A stretch of DNA of 64,000 nucleotides from an uncultured bacterium (GTDB lineage Bacteria > Fidelibacterota > Marinisomatia > Marinisomatales > UBA1611), in NCBI GenBank assembly GCA_943788175.1, contig CALSPG010000001.1:32001-96000 (forward strand), given 5' to 3'. Positions 29,428-39,409 of this stretch are shown here, one piece after another. The position numbers and the translations under genes were made by a program. Each line of letters starts with the position of its first letter. Within the stretch, counting starts at the first letter, position 1. Under the pieces are notes generated by a model, which saw only the letters and a program-made list of their open reading frames with translations, ran no database searches and was not told the origin of the DNA.

Positions 29428-30843
29428 ATGTTTAAACGTAATAATAGTTTATTAATCTTTTTATTTTTGATTTGTTTACTCTCAAGAGCTTTAACTAGTA
29501 TTTATTATATTGAAGATATTGATAGTCTAAGGTTTGCTCTCAGTATTAAAGATTACGACATAACAAAACTACAGCCTCATTTTCCAGGCTATATTATTTT
29601 CTGCTTTTTAATTAAAACTCTTTATCTATTTGTCGGTAATATGGGTTTATCCTTCTCAATAGTAGGCGGTTGTTCCATTTTTTTTATTATATACTACTTA
29701 CTAAGAATATTCAACACTAGTCTTAAGTCTTATGAAGGCAGGTATATAGCTTTTATTATATTTCTCAATCCTCTTTTTTGGCTAATGAGTAATAGATATA
29801 TGCCTGATTTAATGGGCTTAGCGATTTCAGTGAGTGCTATTTACTATCTAATTTATGCAAAAATTCAAGGGAGCCACCTTGAAAAAGGATTTTTTATCTC
29901 GGGTCTACTTGCTGGCGTGAGGCTATCATATTTACCATTAATAATTTTTCCTTTGATGAAAATATTTGTTTTAAGCAACCGTAAACAAAGTTTAACTAAA
30001 TCGTTTTTAATTGGTGTCTTTATTTGGCTTGTACCAATGGTTTTATTGACTGGTTCAAGTGACTTAATCATGATGGCTAAAAAGCAAACCTCTGGCCATT
30101 TTATGGACTTCGGTGGTACTATACTCACAGAACAAGGACTCTTTGATCGCTTTATACTGCTTATTAAATCTGTATGGGCTGATGGTTTTGGGGGTTATTG
30201 GTCTTCTAGGGGTGTGACTTCTATTTTTCTATCGACTATTCTTTTGATTCAATTTATAATTAGTTTGAAAGATGTTTCAAAAAAATGGATGTCTGAAAAT
30301 AAAATAAAGCCAATAATTATATGTATGGGTATCTATTTCGTATGGATATTATTATTTCAGAACGTTGTTTACAAAAGTAGGCATGTACTCCCAATAATAC
30401 TTTTTGTATGTATTTTGCTTATTGAGGGACAGGAAAAATACAGGGGCAAACTATTTTCTGGAATTGTTTATACATATTTTGCCATATTATTATTTCATAA
30501 CGCTAATTTAATTAATCAACATGTAAACTTTACTGCTGTTAAAAAATTGAAAGATTATATATCTGCCGACAATGGTTTTGATACGATAATTAGTATTCCT
30601 TTAATGAATTTTTACTTTAAGAGCCACCAAATAAAAGCTGATTTTATAAATGTAGAAAATGATGAGGACATTAAAAAAGTCCTATTTGATAGTTCGGGCA
30701 GGAAAAAAGTCTTAATGGTTGGTGACTATAGACACCTTTTTAATGATAAAAATTCAAGTTTTAATAGAGATACTGTCTTTTACCATAATCCATATATGAA
30801 CCAAATGTGGTCAAAAATAACAACATTTAAGATGATAAAATAA
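29428..30843 (+). CDS. Multi-pass membrane protein, GT-C-like
   Basis: EDIDSLRFAL...QPHFPGY loop, MPD, GVR, RH; about 10 TMs plus a soluble C-terminal tail. Confidence 0.6.
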   Translation: MFKRNNSLLIFLFLICLLSRALTSIYYIEDIDSLRFALSIKDYDITKLQPHFPGYIIFCFLIKTLYLFVGNMGLSFSIVGGCSIFFIIYYLLRIFNTSLKSYEGRYIAFIIFLNPLFWLMSNRYMPDLMGLAISVSAIYYLIYAKIQGSHLEKGFFISGLLAGVRLSYLPLIIFPLMKIFVLSNRKQSLTKSFLIGVFIWLVPMVLLTGSSDLIMMAKKQTSGHFMDFGGTILTEQGLFDRFILLIKSVWADGFGGYWSSRGVTSIFLSTILLIQFIISLKDVSKKWMSENKIKPIIICMGIYFVWILLFQNVVYKSRHVLPIILFVCILLIEGQEKYRGKLFSGIVYTYFAILLFHNANLINQHVNFTAVKKLKDYISADNGFDTIISIPLMNFYFKSHQIKADFINVENDEDIKKVLFDSSGRKKVLMVGDYRHLFNDKNSSFNRDTVFYHNPYMNQMWSKITTFKMIK

Positions 30844-30851
30844 TTTTCCAA

Positions 30852-32186
30852 ATGAAAAATCAAAATAATATAGATATTGTTGGTGGTGGCCCGGCCGGAT
30901 TAAGTGTCGGCTATTTTGCAAAGAAAGTAGGTATCCAAGCAAAGATCCACGAAGCATCAAGCACAATTGGTGGTAACTGTAAAACAATAATTGACGGAGA
31001 ATTTAAGTATGACACAGGCGCGCATAGGCTGCATGATAAGAGTGAGTATGTTACTAGTGAGATAAAACTATTGCTTGGAAATAAATTAAAGCGTGTAACA
31101 TCGCCTAGTAAAATTTATTATAGAGGTAAGTTCTTTAATTTTCCAATATCAATATCAGATTTAGTATATAATCTAGATTTGAGTTCATTAGTTAAAATAA
31201 TATATGAAAATATTCTAACTAGATTAAGAAAAAGACCTCTTCCAGAATCCTTTAAACAACTTGCTTATCAGAGTTATGGTAAAACTATTTCAAAAATGTT
31301 TTTAATATCATATACTGAAAAATTGTGGGGAGAGGACGCTGATAACCTTGATCCAACAATATCAGGCGGTAGACTAAAGGTTCTAAATCTAAGGTCACTA
31401 ATTAAGGATTTATTTTTGATAAAAAAAACTAATTCTGATCATCTAGAGGGTGCCTTTTATTATCCTGAGCAGGGTTTTGGCGAAATATTCAAATCTTTAG
31501 GAGCTAAAATTGGCCCAGAAAATATTTTTTTAAATAAAAAAGTTTGTAACGTATATCATGATAATAATAAGATTTTATCGATTACCGATAACAACGGTGA
31601 AAATAATTTTATAAGTAATTTAGTCTACACTGCTCCAATTGATGAGCTAGTAAGGTCTTTAATTCCTGCTCCTCCAAAACATGTTTTAGATAAACTAAAA
31701 TTCATAAAATACCGAGAATTGATGATCTGTGTTTTATACTTAGACCTAAAATCATTTTCGCGAAATGCTTCAATATATTTTCCAGATTTAGAATGCCCCT
31801 TTACAAGAATTTACGAGCCAAAAAACAGGAGTGCTAAAATGTCTCCTATTGAAAAAACATGTATTGTTATTGAGGTCCCAATGGGAGAAAGAAATGTAAA
31901 AATTGATTCAACAAAAGAAGTGGTTTATCATAAAATTCTTAGTTATTTAGAAAATAAAAACTTAGTAAAATCTGAAAAGATTATTGATTATAAACTTGTT
32001 AAGGTGAAAAGCGCATACCCTATTATTACGATAGATAGCATTTTAAAAATTAAAGAAATAAAAAAATACTTATCTAGGTTTAATAACCTTCATATGATTG
32101 GTCGGAATTCAAGTTTTGAATATTTACACACTCATAATATAATGGAAAAATCGAGGTCGTTAATTAATAAAATGGTTTCATTATAA
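30852..32186 (+). CDS. FAD-dependent oxidoreductase (protoporphyrinogen oxidase/UDP-galactopyranose mutase-like superfamily)
   Basis: IVGGGPAG, EA...IGG, DTGAH, YTEKLWG, FYYP..GFG, AYP, IGR. Confidence 0.82.
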   Translation: MKNQNNIDIVGGGPAGLSVGYFAKKVGIQAKIHEASSTIGGNCKTIIDGEFKYDTGAHRLHDKSEYVTSEIKLLLGNKLKRVTSPSKIYYRGKFFNFPISISDLVYNLDLSSLVKIIYENILTRLRKRPLPESFKQLAYQSYGKTISKMFLISYTEKLWGEDADNLDPTISGGRLKVLNLRSLIKDLFLIKKTNSDHLEGAFYYPEQGFGEIFKSLGAKIGPENIFLNKKVCNVYHDNNKILSITDNNGENNFISNLVYTAPIDELVRSLIPAPPKHVLDKLKFIKYRELMICVLYLDLKSFSRNASIYFPDLECPFTRIYEPKNRSAKMSPIEKTCIVIEVPMGERNVKIDSTKEVVYHKILSYLENKNLVKSEKIIDYKLVKVKSAYPIITIDSILKIKEIKKYLSRFNNLHMIGRNSSFEYLHTHNIMEKSRSLINKMVSL

Positions 32187-32507
32187 CCAGAATTAAAATT
32201 ATAAATAATAATATTAAAGGCGCTTCATTTATAATTCTAAAATATTTTGAAGATTGTTTTTGATTCTGATTTTTGAATTCTTGCAGATTTAAACCTTATA
32301 GGGCATTATGAACGGTTATGGGGCTTGATTATTTAATAGATTATTATCAGTCTGGTTTGTCGCTTCAAGTTGAGGCTATTTTAAGGGGGAAAGGATATCT
32401 TAAGACTTTTCCATTAGATTCAGCTATTATTATTTATGATAATTTATCAGGACTTCAAAAAAATAATAAACGGTAGAGATATTAAAAACTCGTTTTTGTA
32501 ATATTGT

Positions 32508-34574
32508 ATGATGCAATATTTACATATTATCAATGTTTTAACTTTTTTATCAATCATTTTTTTTAGTTCCTGTAATGATAATAAAGGAGATACCTCAGCA
32601 CCTGAAGTATCTATTACGTTTCCTGAAAATGGAGCGGTTGTTAATGAAATTGTCACTATCTCGGCAAATGCCACCGATAACGAGGAAATTGATTTTGTTC
32701 AGTTCTTTGTGAATGATAGTTTAGATAGTGCTTTAGTCTCTGTAGAGCCATATTTATTTAATTGGAATACAAATAACATTGATGATGGAAATTATACTAT
32801 AGCAGTTATTGCGCAAGATGCTAGCAATAACACAAGCGATACATTGCAACTTAATTTAACAGTTGATAATACGCTTTCGTCTCCAAGCGCTGTGGAAATT
32901 ATTGATATATCATATAGCCTCAATCTGATGTCCATTCGTTTTAATAAATCTGTCGAAAACGACTTTAATGATTATACTATTCTCACATCAAACTCCGTTG
33001 AAGGCTCTGAAAAAAGTGAAATTGGTAAAATTGTAGAAGTTACAGACACTCTTTTTACAACTACTGATTTTAACCCTATTGAAGAATTGTGGTATTATGT
33101 TAAAGTAACAGACATTTATGGCTATTCCGAAACTAGTCAAGGGTTCAGAGTAAAAGACAGTGCTCCTTCACTATCTATTTTAAACCCTCCAAACTATAAT
33201 AGAGGGTCACTCCGTTTTCAATGGTCGATGAATAGCGATAATGATTTTTTAAAATATCATTTATATTCTTCCAATAATGAAGATATGTCCAGTAAAGTAC
33301 TAATAATCACTAATAATATAAAAAGTGATACTACTCATTCGGTTCATTTAGATTTAACTAGTCAGACAAAATATTACCAGCTTGAGGTAGAAGACCATTG
33401 GGGGTTTGTAAGTGTCGGAGCCTCGATTCAGGCTAATCTTCCTTTTAAGTTTATAAAGAATTTTGGAGGAACTCAAAATGATAGGGGGTATGCAGTGCAG
33501 TCTGTGATTGATGGCTATGTCATTGTTGGTTCTACAAATTCATTAGGCTCTGGTAATTCAGATGTCTGGGTTTTAAAACTCGATTTTGAGGGACAACAAG
33601 TGTGGTCACGAGTCTATGGTGGTCAAGGGAGTGATTTTGGTAAAGATATCAAAACCACATCGAACCCTGATGGCTATATTATTACTGGTTCGACAAACTC
33701 TTACAATTCAGATTCAAACATGGATATGTGGGTAATAAGGACAGATGATTTAGGTCAAACCTGTCTCTTTGATGAAAATGGTGAATGTTCCGAAAGTGAT
33801 ACTAAATGGGCGCGTACATTTGGAACAAGTGGAAATGATTATGGAAATAGTGTGGTCGAATCAAATGGTGAGTTTATTGCCGTTGGAAAAAGTGGAAGGA
33901 TACCATCTTTTTTTGTAGTGAAGATTGACGCTTTTGGTGGTAAAATTTGGGAAAATCTTTATGGTGAAGGTCCCAACGATAATGGCCAATATGTTATTGA
34001 ATCTCCTGGGCAAACGCCAAAGTATATTGCGCTTGGGCAGAGTAATAATCTTAATACCTCTGATAGTGATATTTGTATAATAGGAATTAATTCAAATGGA
34101 ATAGAGCAATGGGTTAGAAGTATTCAATACGGGAATTCTGTAAATGAACAAGGGTATTATATTTTTAAGCTTAGTGGAGGTGGTTATATCGTAACTGGCA
34201 CTAAACAAATAAATCATTGGGATGACCTATTGATGATGAAAGTGAACAATGATGGCACTCAATCTAGTAGCTGGACTTTTGGTGGTAGTTATAATGAAGT
34301 CGGTAATTTTGCTCAAGAGGTATCAGATGGCTATATCGTTTCAGGGTCTACTGAATCTTATGGCCAAGGTCTATATGATGCTTGGGTAGTTAAAACCAAT
34401 GATGATGGAGAGGAAATTTACAATCATACCTTCGGTGGTAATCTAGATGACAAAGCTCTTGGAGGAGTAAAAAGTATAAATGGAGACCCAGTTCTTGTCG
34501 GTTATACAAAATCTTTTGGTAATGGCGGAGAAGATATTCTTTTGATTGTACTAGACCGTGACTACCAGCCGTGA
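32508..34574 (+). CDS. Lipoprotein with Ig-like/FN3 domains and a C-terminal beta-propeller
   Basis: Lipobox FSSC; PEVSITFPENG...FNWNT...DGNYT Ig domain; repeated W-x-x-x-(Y/F)GG-x-x-x-D-x-G blades. Confidence 0.82.
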   Translation: MMQYLHIINVLTFLSIIFFSSCNDNKGDTSAPEVSITFPENGAVVNEIVTISANATDNEEIDFVQFFVNDSLDSALVSVEPYLFNWNTNNIDDGNYTIAVIAQDASNNTSDTLQLNLTVDNTLSSPSAVEIIDISYSLNLMSIRFNKSVENDFNDYTILTSNSVEGSEKSEIGKIVEVTDTLFTTTDFNPIEELWYYVKVTDIYGYSETSQGFRVKDSAPSLSILNPPNYNRGSLRFQWSMNSDNDFLKYHLYSSNNEDMSSKVLIITNNIKSDTTHSVHLDLTSQTKYYQLEVEDHWGFVSVGASIQANLPFKFIKNFGGTQNDRGYAVQSVIDGYVIVGSTNSLGSGNSDVWVLKLDFEGQQVWSRVYGGQGSDFGKDIKTTSNPDGYIITGSTNSYNSDSNMDMWVIRTDDLGQTCLFDENGECSESDTKWARTFGTSGNDYGNSVVESNGEFIAVGKSGRIPSFFVVKIDAFGGKIWENLYGEGPNDNGQYVIESPGQTPKYIALGQSNNLNTSDSDICIIGINSNGIEQWVRSIQYGNSVNEQGYYIFKLSGGGYIVTGTKQINHWDDLLMMKVNNDGTQSSSWTFGGSYNEVGNFAQEVSDGYIVSGSTESYGQGLYDAWVVKTNDDGEEIYNHTFGGNLDDKALGGVKSINGDPVLVGYTKSFGNGGEDILLIVLDRDYQP

Positions 34575-34912
34575 GGGCTATCAAGTGTTATATAGTTTTT
34601 TTAACCCTTCTAATGCTCCTAGGTTGCATTGGTCCATTTAAAAAGCAACCTGTTCCTAATTCAATAAGCGAGCAAATTATAACTGTTCATCCAGAGATTT
34701 CCTTGGAGTGGAAAAAGATTAGAGCCATTCAATCAGATAAAGCTCAAATAATTAATTTGATTGGAGATCCTGATTTTGTTGATCATCACAATGCCGGCGA
34801 AGATTGGTATTATAGTCATCACAGAAGCATAGATTATGGATTAATAAGTTTTCCTGTTAAAGGACATCTTGTAAATCATGCTCAATATATTAAATACCCT
34901 GAATGGAGATAA
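34571..34912 (+). CDS. Small lipoprotein, BamE/SmpA-like
   Basis: Lipobox LLGC; KAQIINLIGDP...WYY. Confidence 0.6.
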   Translation: MRAIKCYIVFLTLLMLLGCIGPFKKQPVPNSISEQIITVHPEISLEWKKIRAIQSDKAQIINLIGDPDFVDHHNAGEDWYYSHHRSIDYGLISFPVKGHLVNHAQYIKYPEWR

Positions 34913-34967
34913 AATTATTAGATTTATGAACGTTTTAACTAAACTATAGCTATGAGAAATAAAAATT

Positions 34968-36230
34968 ATGACATCATCAAATAAATATGTTTTAAGTATA
35001 ATATTAGTTTCTTCTTTATTTGCGCAGAAAATTGAATTATCGAGTGGCTTTTACCATGATAAAAATCAAAAAGATTCAATAGAAGTTGTTTCTAGTTTAG
35101 AAAAAATTGATTTACAGTTAACTAATGGTTCAAAATTGAGGTTTTTTCGCGAAGACAATGAATATAAGATGCAAAATCTAACGAACGATGGCTTTACAGG
35201 TTTAAGACTACTAAATAACAATAAATTTGAATTGTATTATGATCATAGTCTTCCAAAGTCTTCTTTTAATTCTTATGAACTTTATAAAAAACCTGGAGTT
35301 TTAAATAAAGTAATCGCTTTCTTGGTTACTAGCGCCCTGTTTATTTCAATATTTCAATTTTATCTTAAGCTAAATAAAGTGTGGAAGCGAAGAACTATTG
35401 CTGAAGTTGCCAATAGTATATCTATTGTAGCTGCTTTATTAGGGTTCACTGTGGGCTTTCCATTTTTACTAAATAGTCTTTTTATTAGTGGAGATTATCC
35501 TGCTGCTGGAAAGTCTGTTCTCGGCCTAGGTATGGCTGTAATGATGACATTAATAAGTATGGGTTATTTTGTTGAAGAGAACAAAGGTAAGAACTTTTTT
35601 AGGCTTTTGTTTGATGCGCTAGGAGCAGAGAAAAATGAATCAACCGATTTACTAAGTGCAATGCTTAGACCACAAGGTGCAACAAAAATAATTGAAATAC
35701 TTACACAGCTTGCGGCAATTGATGAAGAAGTAGCTCAAGAAGAGGTAGATTTGATTAATGACTTTGCAAGTAAGTGGAGAATAAATATTCCAGAAATTAA
35801 AGTCGGTGCTCCTGGAAAAATTACGAATCTTGTAGAGCTAAAAGCACTTGTTCAATCATATCTTGATGAAAAACCAGATGTAGAAGTTGCTCAAAACCTA
35901 GTTGACTTAATTAATATGATGGCTGAAGCAGACGATGAGGTTACAGATGAAGAGGCTATGGCAGTTGGGGAGTTTACAGGAATGATTGGACATTACGTCA
36001 GTCAAGAAAAAGGCGGTTCAATTGATGCTTTTGAAGTTGTTATAGTACCACAAAATGAAAATCAGTCCAATGCTGTCAAAGAGCTAATTCCAAATATAGA
36101 CTCTGTTAAAAAACAAGGTGGCGAGATATTTATTGTCGGGACGTTTTATTCTGAGGATTATGCTGAAGCTGTCTGCGGTAAATATATTTCACTAGGTCTT
36201 TTCACTAATTCAATAAAAGTAAAAATTTAA
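34968..36230 (+). CDS. Membrane protein with TerB-like domain
   Basis: Signal peptide, 3 TMs, then LAAIDEEVAQEE and MAEADDEVTDEE TerB-type repeats. Confidence 0.75.
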   Translation: MTSSNKYVLSIILVSSLFAQKIELSSGFYHDKNQKDSIEVVSSLEKIDLQLTNGSKLRFFREDNEYKMQNLTNDGFTGLRLLNNNKFELYYDHSLPKSSFNSYELYKKPGVLNKVIAFLVTSALFISIFQFYLKLNKVWKRRTIAEVANSISIVAALLGFTVGFPFLLNSLFISGDYPAAGKSVLGLGMAVMMTLISMGYFVEENKGKNFFRLLFDALGAEKNESTDLLSAMLRPQGATKIIEILTQLAAIDEEVAQEEVDLINDFASKWRINIPEIKVGAPGKITNLVELKALVQSYLDEKPDVEVAQNLVDLINMMAEADDEVTDEEAMAVGEFTGMIGHYVSQEKGGSIDAFEVVIVPQNENQSNAVKELIPNIDSVKKQGGEIFIVGTFYSEDYAEAVCGKYISLGLFTNSIKVKI

Positions 36231-36248
36231 GTAATAACTATCTGATTT

Positions 36249-37736
36249 TTAGTTTTTTATAGCCCCAGGAACATTTGCTTTAATATATTGGACTGCTTCA
36301 AGGCCTTCATAAATTTTTGCCTTTGTTGGCTTAGTTGGATTTTCTACTGCTAGAAAAATCAACTTTGATTCTTTGTCATTTATAAAATATTGTAAAAGTT
36401 TATCTCCAGAAAGTGTTGTAGCTCCTAAGACCACTTCTAATTCTAATTTGATGTTACCAATACCATTGTATGATCTATATACTATTTCAGAACATGCTTG
36501 TTTTTCGCCACTAGTCAAATCAAAATCAAAATCATAATCATGGCCAAGAAATGAGTAAAGATTTTTGAGGGCTATGCGGATTTCACTATCATTTAAATTT
36601 GGTCTAAATGCGATAATTCTATTTGCATAACCATTTAAATAGGAGTCTAATGTAGATGTTCTTACCCCATCAGAATTTGCCTCAATTATATTATGATTTT
36701 CACCAATGTATTTTTTCTGATTTTCTTTTAGGCGAACTGCGCTTAGCATTGCATTCTTTTTAACGTCTTGAGAGCCGGTAAAAGATAAGGCATGTTTGAA
36801 ATAACCAGGTAAAAAGATATTACTTAGATATCCACTACTATAAGTTAGGATTATATCTCCAGGCTTTAATGCTTTTGTCACATGCTTTTTTTGTCGTCTT
36901 GAAAATTTTATGCCTTCAACAAGTGGCATCCTTACATCTGCCATGATTGTAAATAAAAACTCTTGTATTGCTTTTAGTTGGCTTCCTGCTTCATCAACCA
37001 TCGTGTTTACTGTTTCCTCGATAGTGTTGACCTGCATTATCTCTGCAGCCTCTAAGGGAAGAATAGTATAACTATCTAAGATTAATCTTTTATAATTATC
37101 ATATTCCTTAGCTAAGATTTCGGTCCTAGCTATCAATTCATCTATAAAAGGGAAGTAATCAGTTTTTTTATAAACTTCTTTTCTTCTATTGATTTGCCTT
37201 TTAAAGAATTCATTGGCAATATCAATATTGTTAACATTTTTAGGATTGGTTAGGTTGCTAATTAAGTAATTAAGACCATCTTTTTTTATTTCAGCTCTAG
37301 GGAACTCCTCATTTAATTTATTTATTAGAGGTTGATTACTAGCAGTTTTGAGGACTAATTCAGCGCTATGCTTGTAAAGAGTTAAAGAAGCACAATATCC
37401 AAGAGCAAATGCCTGTGCATTATTTTTCTTAAATTTTGACTTATTAGAAATATCTTTGTAGGCATTTACAATATCTAAAAGAGATTTTGTGCATAATGTA
37501 TATCTAAAGTAGAGTCTCTCAATTTCATCGTACTGGTTATTTGTAAAATATTTTTTGCCATTTTCTACGGAAGGTTTAATTAAAGAAAGCGATGATATTG
37601 TTTGATCTAAAACACTGTCAAATGTTTTTATATGATTGAAGTCATCTTCAGGAACCCAACGTTGAGAATAGTTTTGACCATGAGAAAAGAAAAAAGCAAT
37701 GAGAAAAACTGATTTTCTAAACGGTATTTTGGTCAT
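36249..37736 (-). CDS. Permuted NlpC/P60 (YiiX/YebB-like) cysteine hydrolase with long N-terminal domain
   Basis: LKPGDIIL, PGYFKHA (His), IIEA, YDFDFD...ACSEIVY (Cys); signal-like N-terminus. Confidence 0.82.
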   Translation of the reverse strand: MTKIPFRKSVFLIAFFFSHGQNYSQRWVPEDDFNHIKTFDSVLDQTISSLSLIKPSVENGKKYFTNNQYDEIERLYFRYTLCTKSLLDIVNAYKDISNKSKFKKNNAQAFALGYCASLTLYKHSAELVLKTASNQPLINKLNEEFPRAEIKKDGLNYLISNLTNPKNVNNIDIANEFFKRQINRRKEVYKKTDYFPFIDELIARTEILAKEYDNYKRLILDSYTILPLEAAEIMQVNTIEETVNTMVDEAGSQLKAIQEFLFTIMADVRMPLVEGIKFSRRQKKHVTKALKPGDIILTYSSGYLSNIFLPGYFKHALSFTGSQDVKKNAMLSAVRLKENQKKYIGENHNIIEANSDGVRTSTLDSYLNGYANRIIAFRPNLNDSEIRIALKNLYSFLGHDYDFDFDLTSGEKQACSEIVYRSYNGIGNIKLELEVVLGATTLSGDKLLQYFINDKESKLIFLAVENPTKPTKAKIYEGLEAVQYIKANVPGAIKN

Positions 37737-37759
37737 TAATGAAAGAGCTATATGATGTT

Positions 37760-39136
37760 CTACAGTTCTTTTAAGTCTTTTAGTAATTTTTGAAGCATTT
37801 CTTTTGCATCTCCAAAAACCATAATTGAATTATCATATCCAAAAAGTTCATTTTGAACTCCAGCAAAACCAGTATTCATCGTACGTTTATTTATAATTAC
37901 TGTTCTTGATTTATCTACATCTAAAATGGGCATACCATAAATAGGAGAAGACGAATCGTGCCTAGCTGCGGGGTTTACTACATCATTTGCACCTAAAACC
38001 AAAGCGACATCGCAGTCCTCAAATTCATTATTTACTTCATCAAGATCTTTGAGCTGATCATAGGGGATATTGGCTTCAGCTAAAAGAACATTCATATGTC
38101 CGGGCATTCTACCTGCAACAGGGTGAATTGCGTACAGCACTGTTTTACCATTTTTTGCTAAAAATTCAGCCACTTCTCTTACAGCATGCTGAGCTTGAGC
38201 AACAGCAAGACCATAGCCTGGAACTACAATGATTTTTTCCGCGGCATCAAATATCATTGCGGCTTCTTCTGTCGAATAGCTCTTGATATTTATTTGTTTT
38301 GTCTCACTACCTGAGTCAGTTGTTTGTTCTAGTCCAACAGCTCCAAAAATGACATTTGCTAAGGATCTGTTCATGCCCTTGCACATTATGTTTGTCAAAA
38401 TAAGTCCAGAAGCTCCAACTAGAGCGCCAGAAATAATAAGCGCATTATTATTTAATACAAACCCCGTTGAACTTGCGGCAATACCTGAATATGAATTTAA
38501 AAGAGATATAACAACGGGCATGTCTGCGCCACCAATTGGAATCGTTAAACCTATTCCAATAATAGCGGATGCAGCAATTATTAGATAAAAAATATTAATT
38601 TGCTCAGGGTCTAAAACAATATAAATAGATAATCCTAAAATAGAAATTCCGATAATTGCGTTTAAAAATTGTTGTCCAAAGAAAACGATAGGTTGTCCAC
38701 TAATAAATCCTTGAAGTTTTCCAAATGCTATAAAACTACCAGTGAATGTCAAAGTACCAACAAAAACAGATAAGGATATAGTTGCTAAACTAAAAGAAAG
38801 CAACGGTTCACTAGGGTTTAAAAATTCAGCGGCAGCAATTAGGGCCGATGCAATGCCACCAAAGCCATTAAAAATTGCAACCATTTGAGGCATCTGCGTC
38901 ATTTCTACTCTAATTGCAAAGAAAGCGCCAATGACAGAGCCAATAATTATGCCAATTGCAATTAACTCTAAATTGACGGTACTATTTGAAACTAGGGTTG
39001 TAATAATAGCAATGAGCATTCCTAGTGAAGCAATAAAATTTCCGCTTCTTGCAGTTTTAGGGTGGCTTAATCGTTTTATACCAATAATAAATAATATGGA
39101 TGATAAGACGTATAATATGCTATCTAAGTTTATCAT
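37760..39136 (-). CDS. pntB: NAD(P) transhydrogenase subunit beta
   Basis: MTQMPQMVA, IGGADMPVVISLLNSYSG, VPGYGLAVAQAQH, IHPVAGRMPGHMNVLLAEA, GANDVVNP. Confidence 0.97.
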   Translation of the reverse strand: MINLDSILYVLSSILFIIGIKRLSHPKTARSGNFIASLGMLIAIITTLVSNSTVNLELIAIGIIIGSVIGAFFAIRVEMTQMPQMVAIFNGFGGIASALIAAAEFLNPSEPLLSFSLATISLSVFVGTLTFTGSFIAFGKLQGFISGQPIVFFGQQFLNAIIGISILGLSIYIVLDPEQINIFYLIIAASAIIGIGLTIPIGGADMPVVISLLNSYSGIAASSTGFVLNNNALIISGALVGASGLILTNIMCKGMNRSLANVIFGAVGLEQTTDSGSETKQINIKSYSTEEAAMIFDAAEKIIVVPGYGLAVAQAQHAVREVAEFLAKNGKTVLYAIHPVAGRMPGHMNVLLAEANIPYDQLKDLDEVNNEFEDCDVALVLGANDVVNPAARHDSSSPIYGMPILDVDKSRTVIINKRTMNTGFAGVQNELFGYDNSIMVFGDAKEMLQKLLKDLKEL

Positions 39137-39139
39137 AGA

Positions 39140-39409
39140 CTATTTCTTTTTAAACATTTTTAGCATTCTATCAGTGACCATGAAACCACCGACAACATTA
39201 ACGGTTGCAAGTATGACTGCAACAAAGCCAAGCCAAGTACCAAGTTCACCGCCAACCTTGGTTGAAATTATTGCACCAACAATTGCAATTCCTGATATTG
39301 CGTTTGAACCACTCATTAGTGGTGTGTGCAGAGTAGGCGGTACTTTTGTTATTATCTCTACACCTACAAAAACCGCTAAAATAAAAACCGTAAAAATGTT
39401 TATGTCCAT
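39140..39409 (-). CDS. pntAB: NAD(P) transhydrogenase subunit alpha, part 2 (membrane)
   Basis: VPPTLHTPLMSGSNAISG, NVVGGFMVTDRMLKMF. Confidence 0.95.
   Translation of the reverse strand: MDINIFTVFILAVFVGVEIITKVPPTLHTPLMSGSNAISGIAIVGAIISTKVGGELGTWLGFVAVILATVNVVGGFMVTDRMLKMFKKK

Noticed and set aside
32318-32476. 52-codon ORF MGLDYLIDYYQSG... in an intergenic gap
   Set aside because: No RBS or recognisable motif. It may be a gene remnant but I cannot support that.
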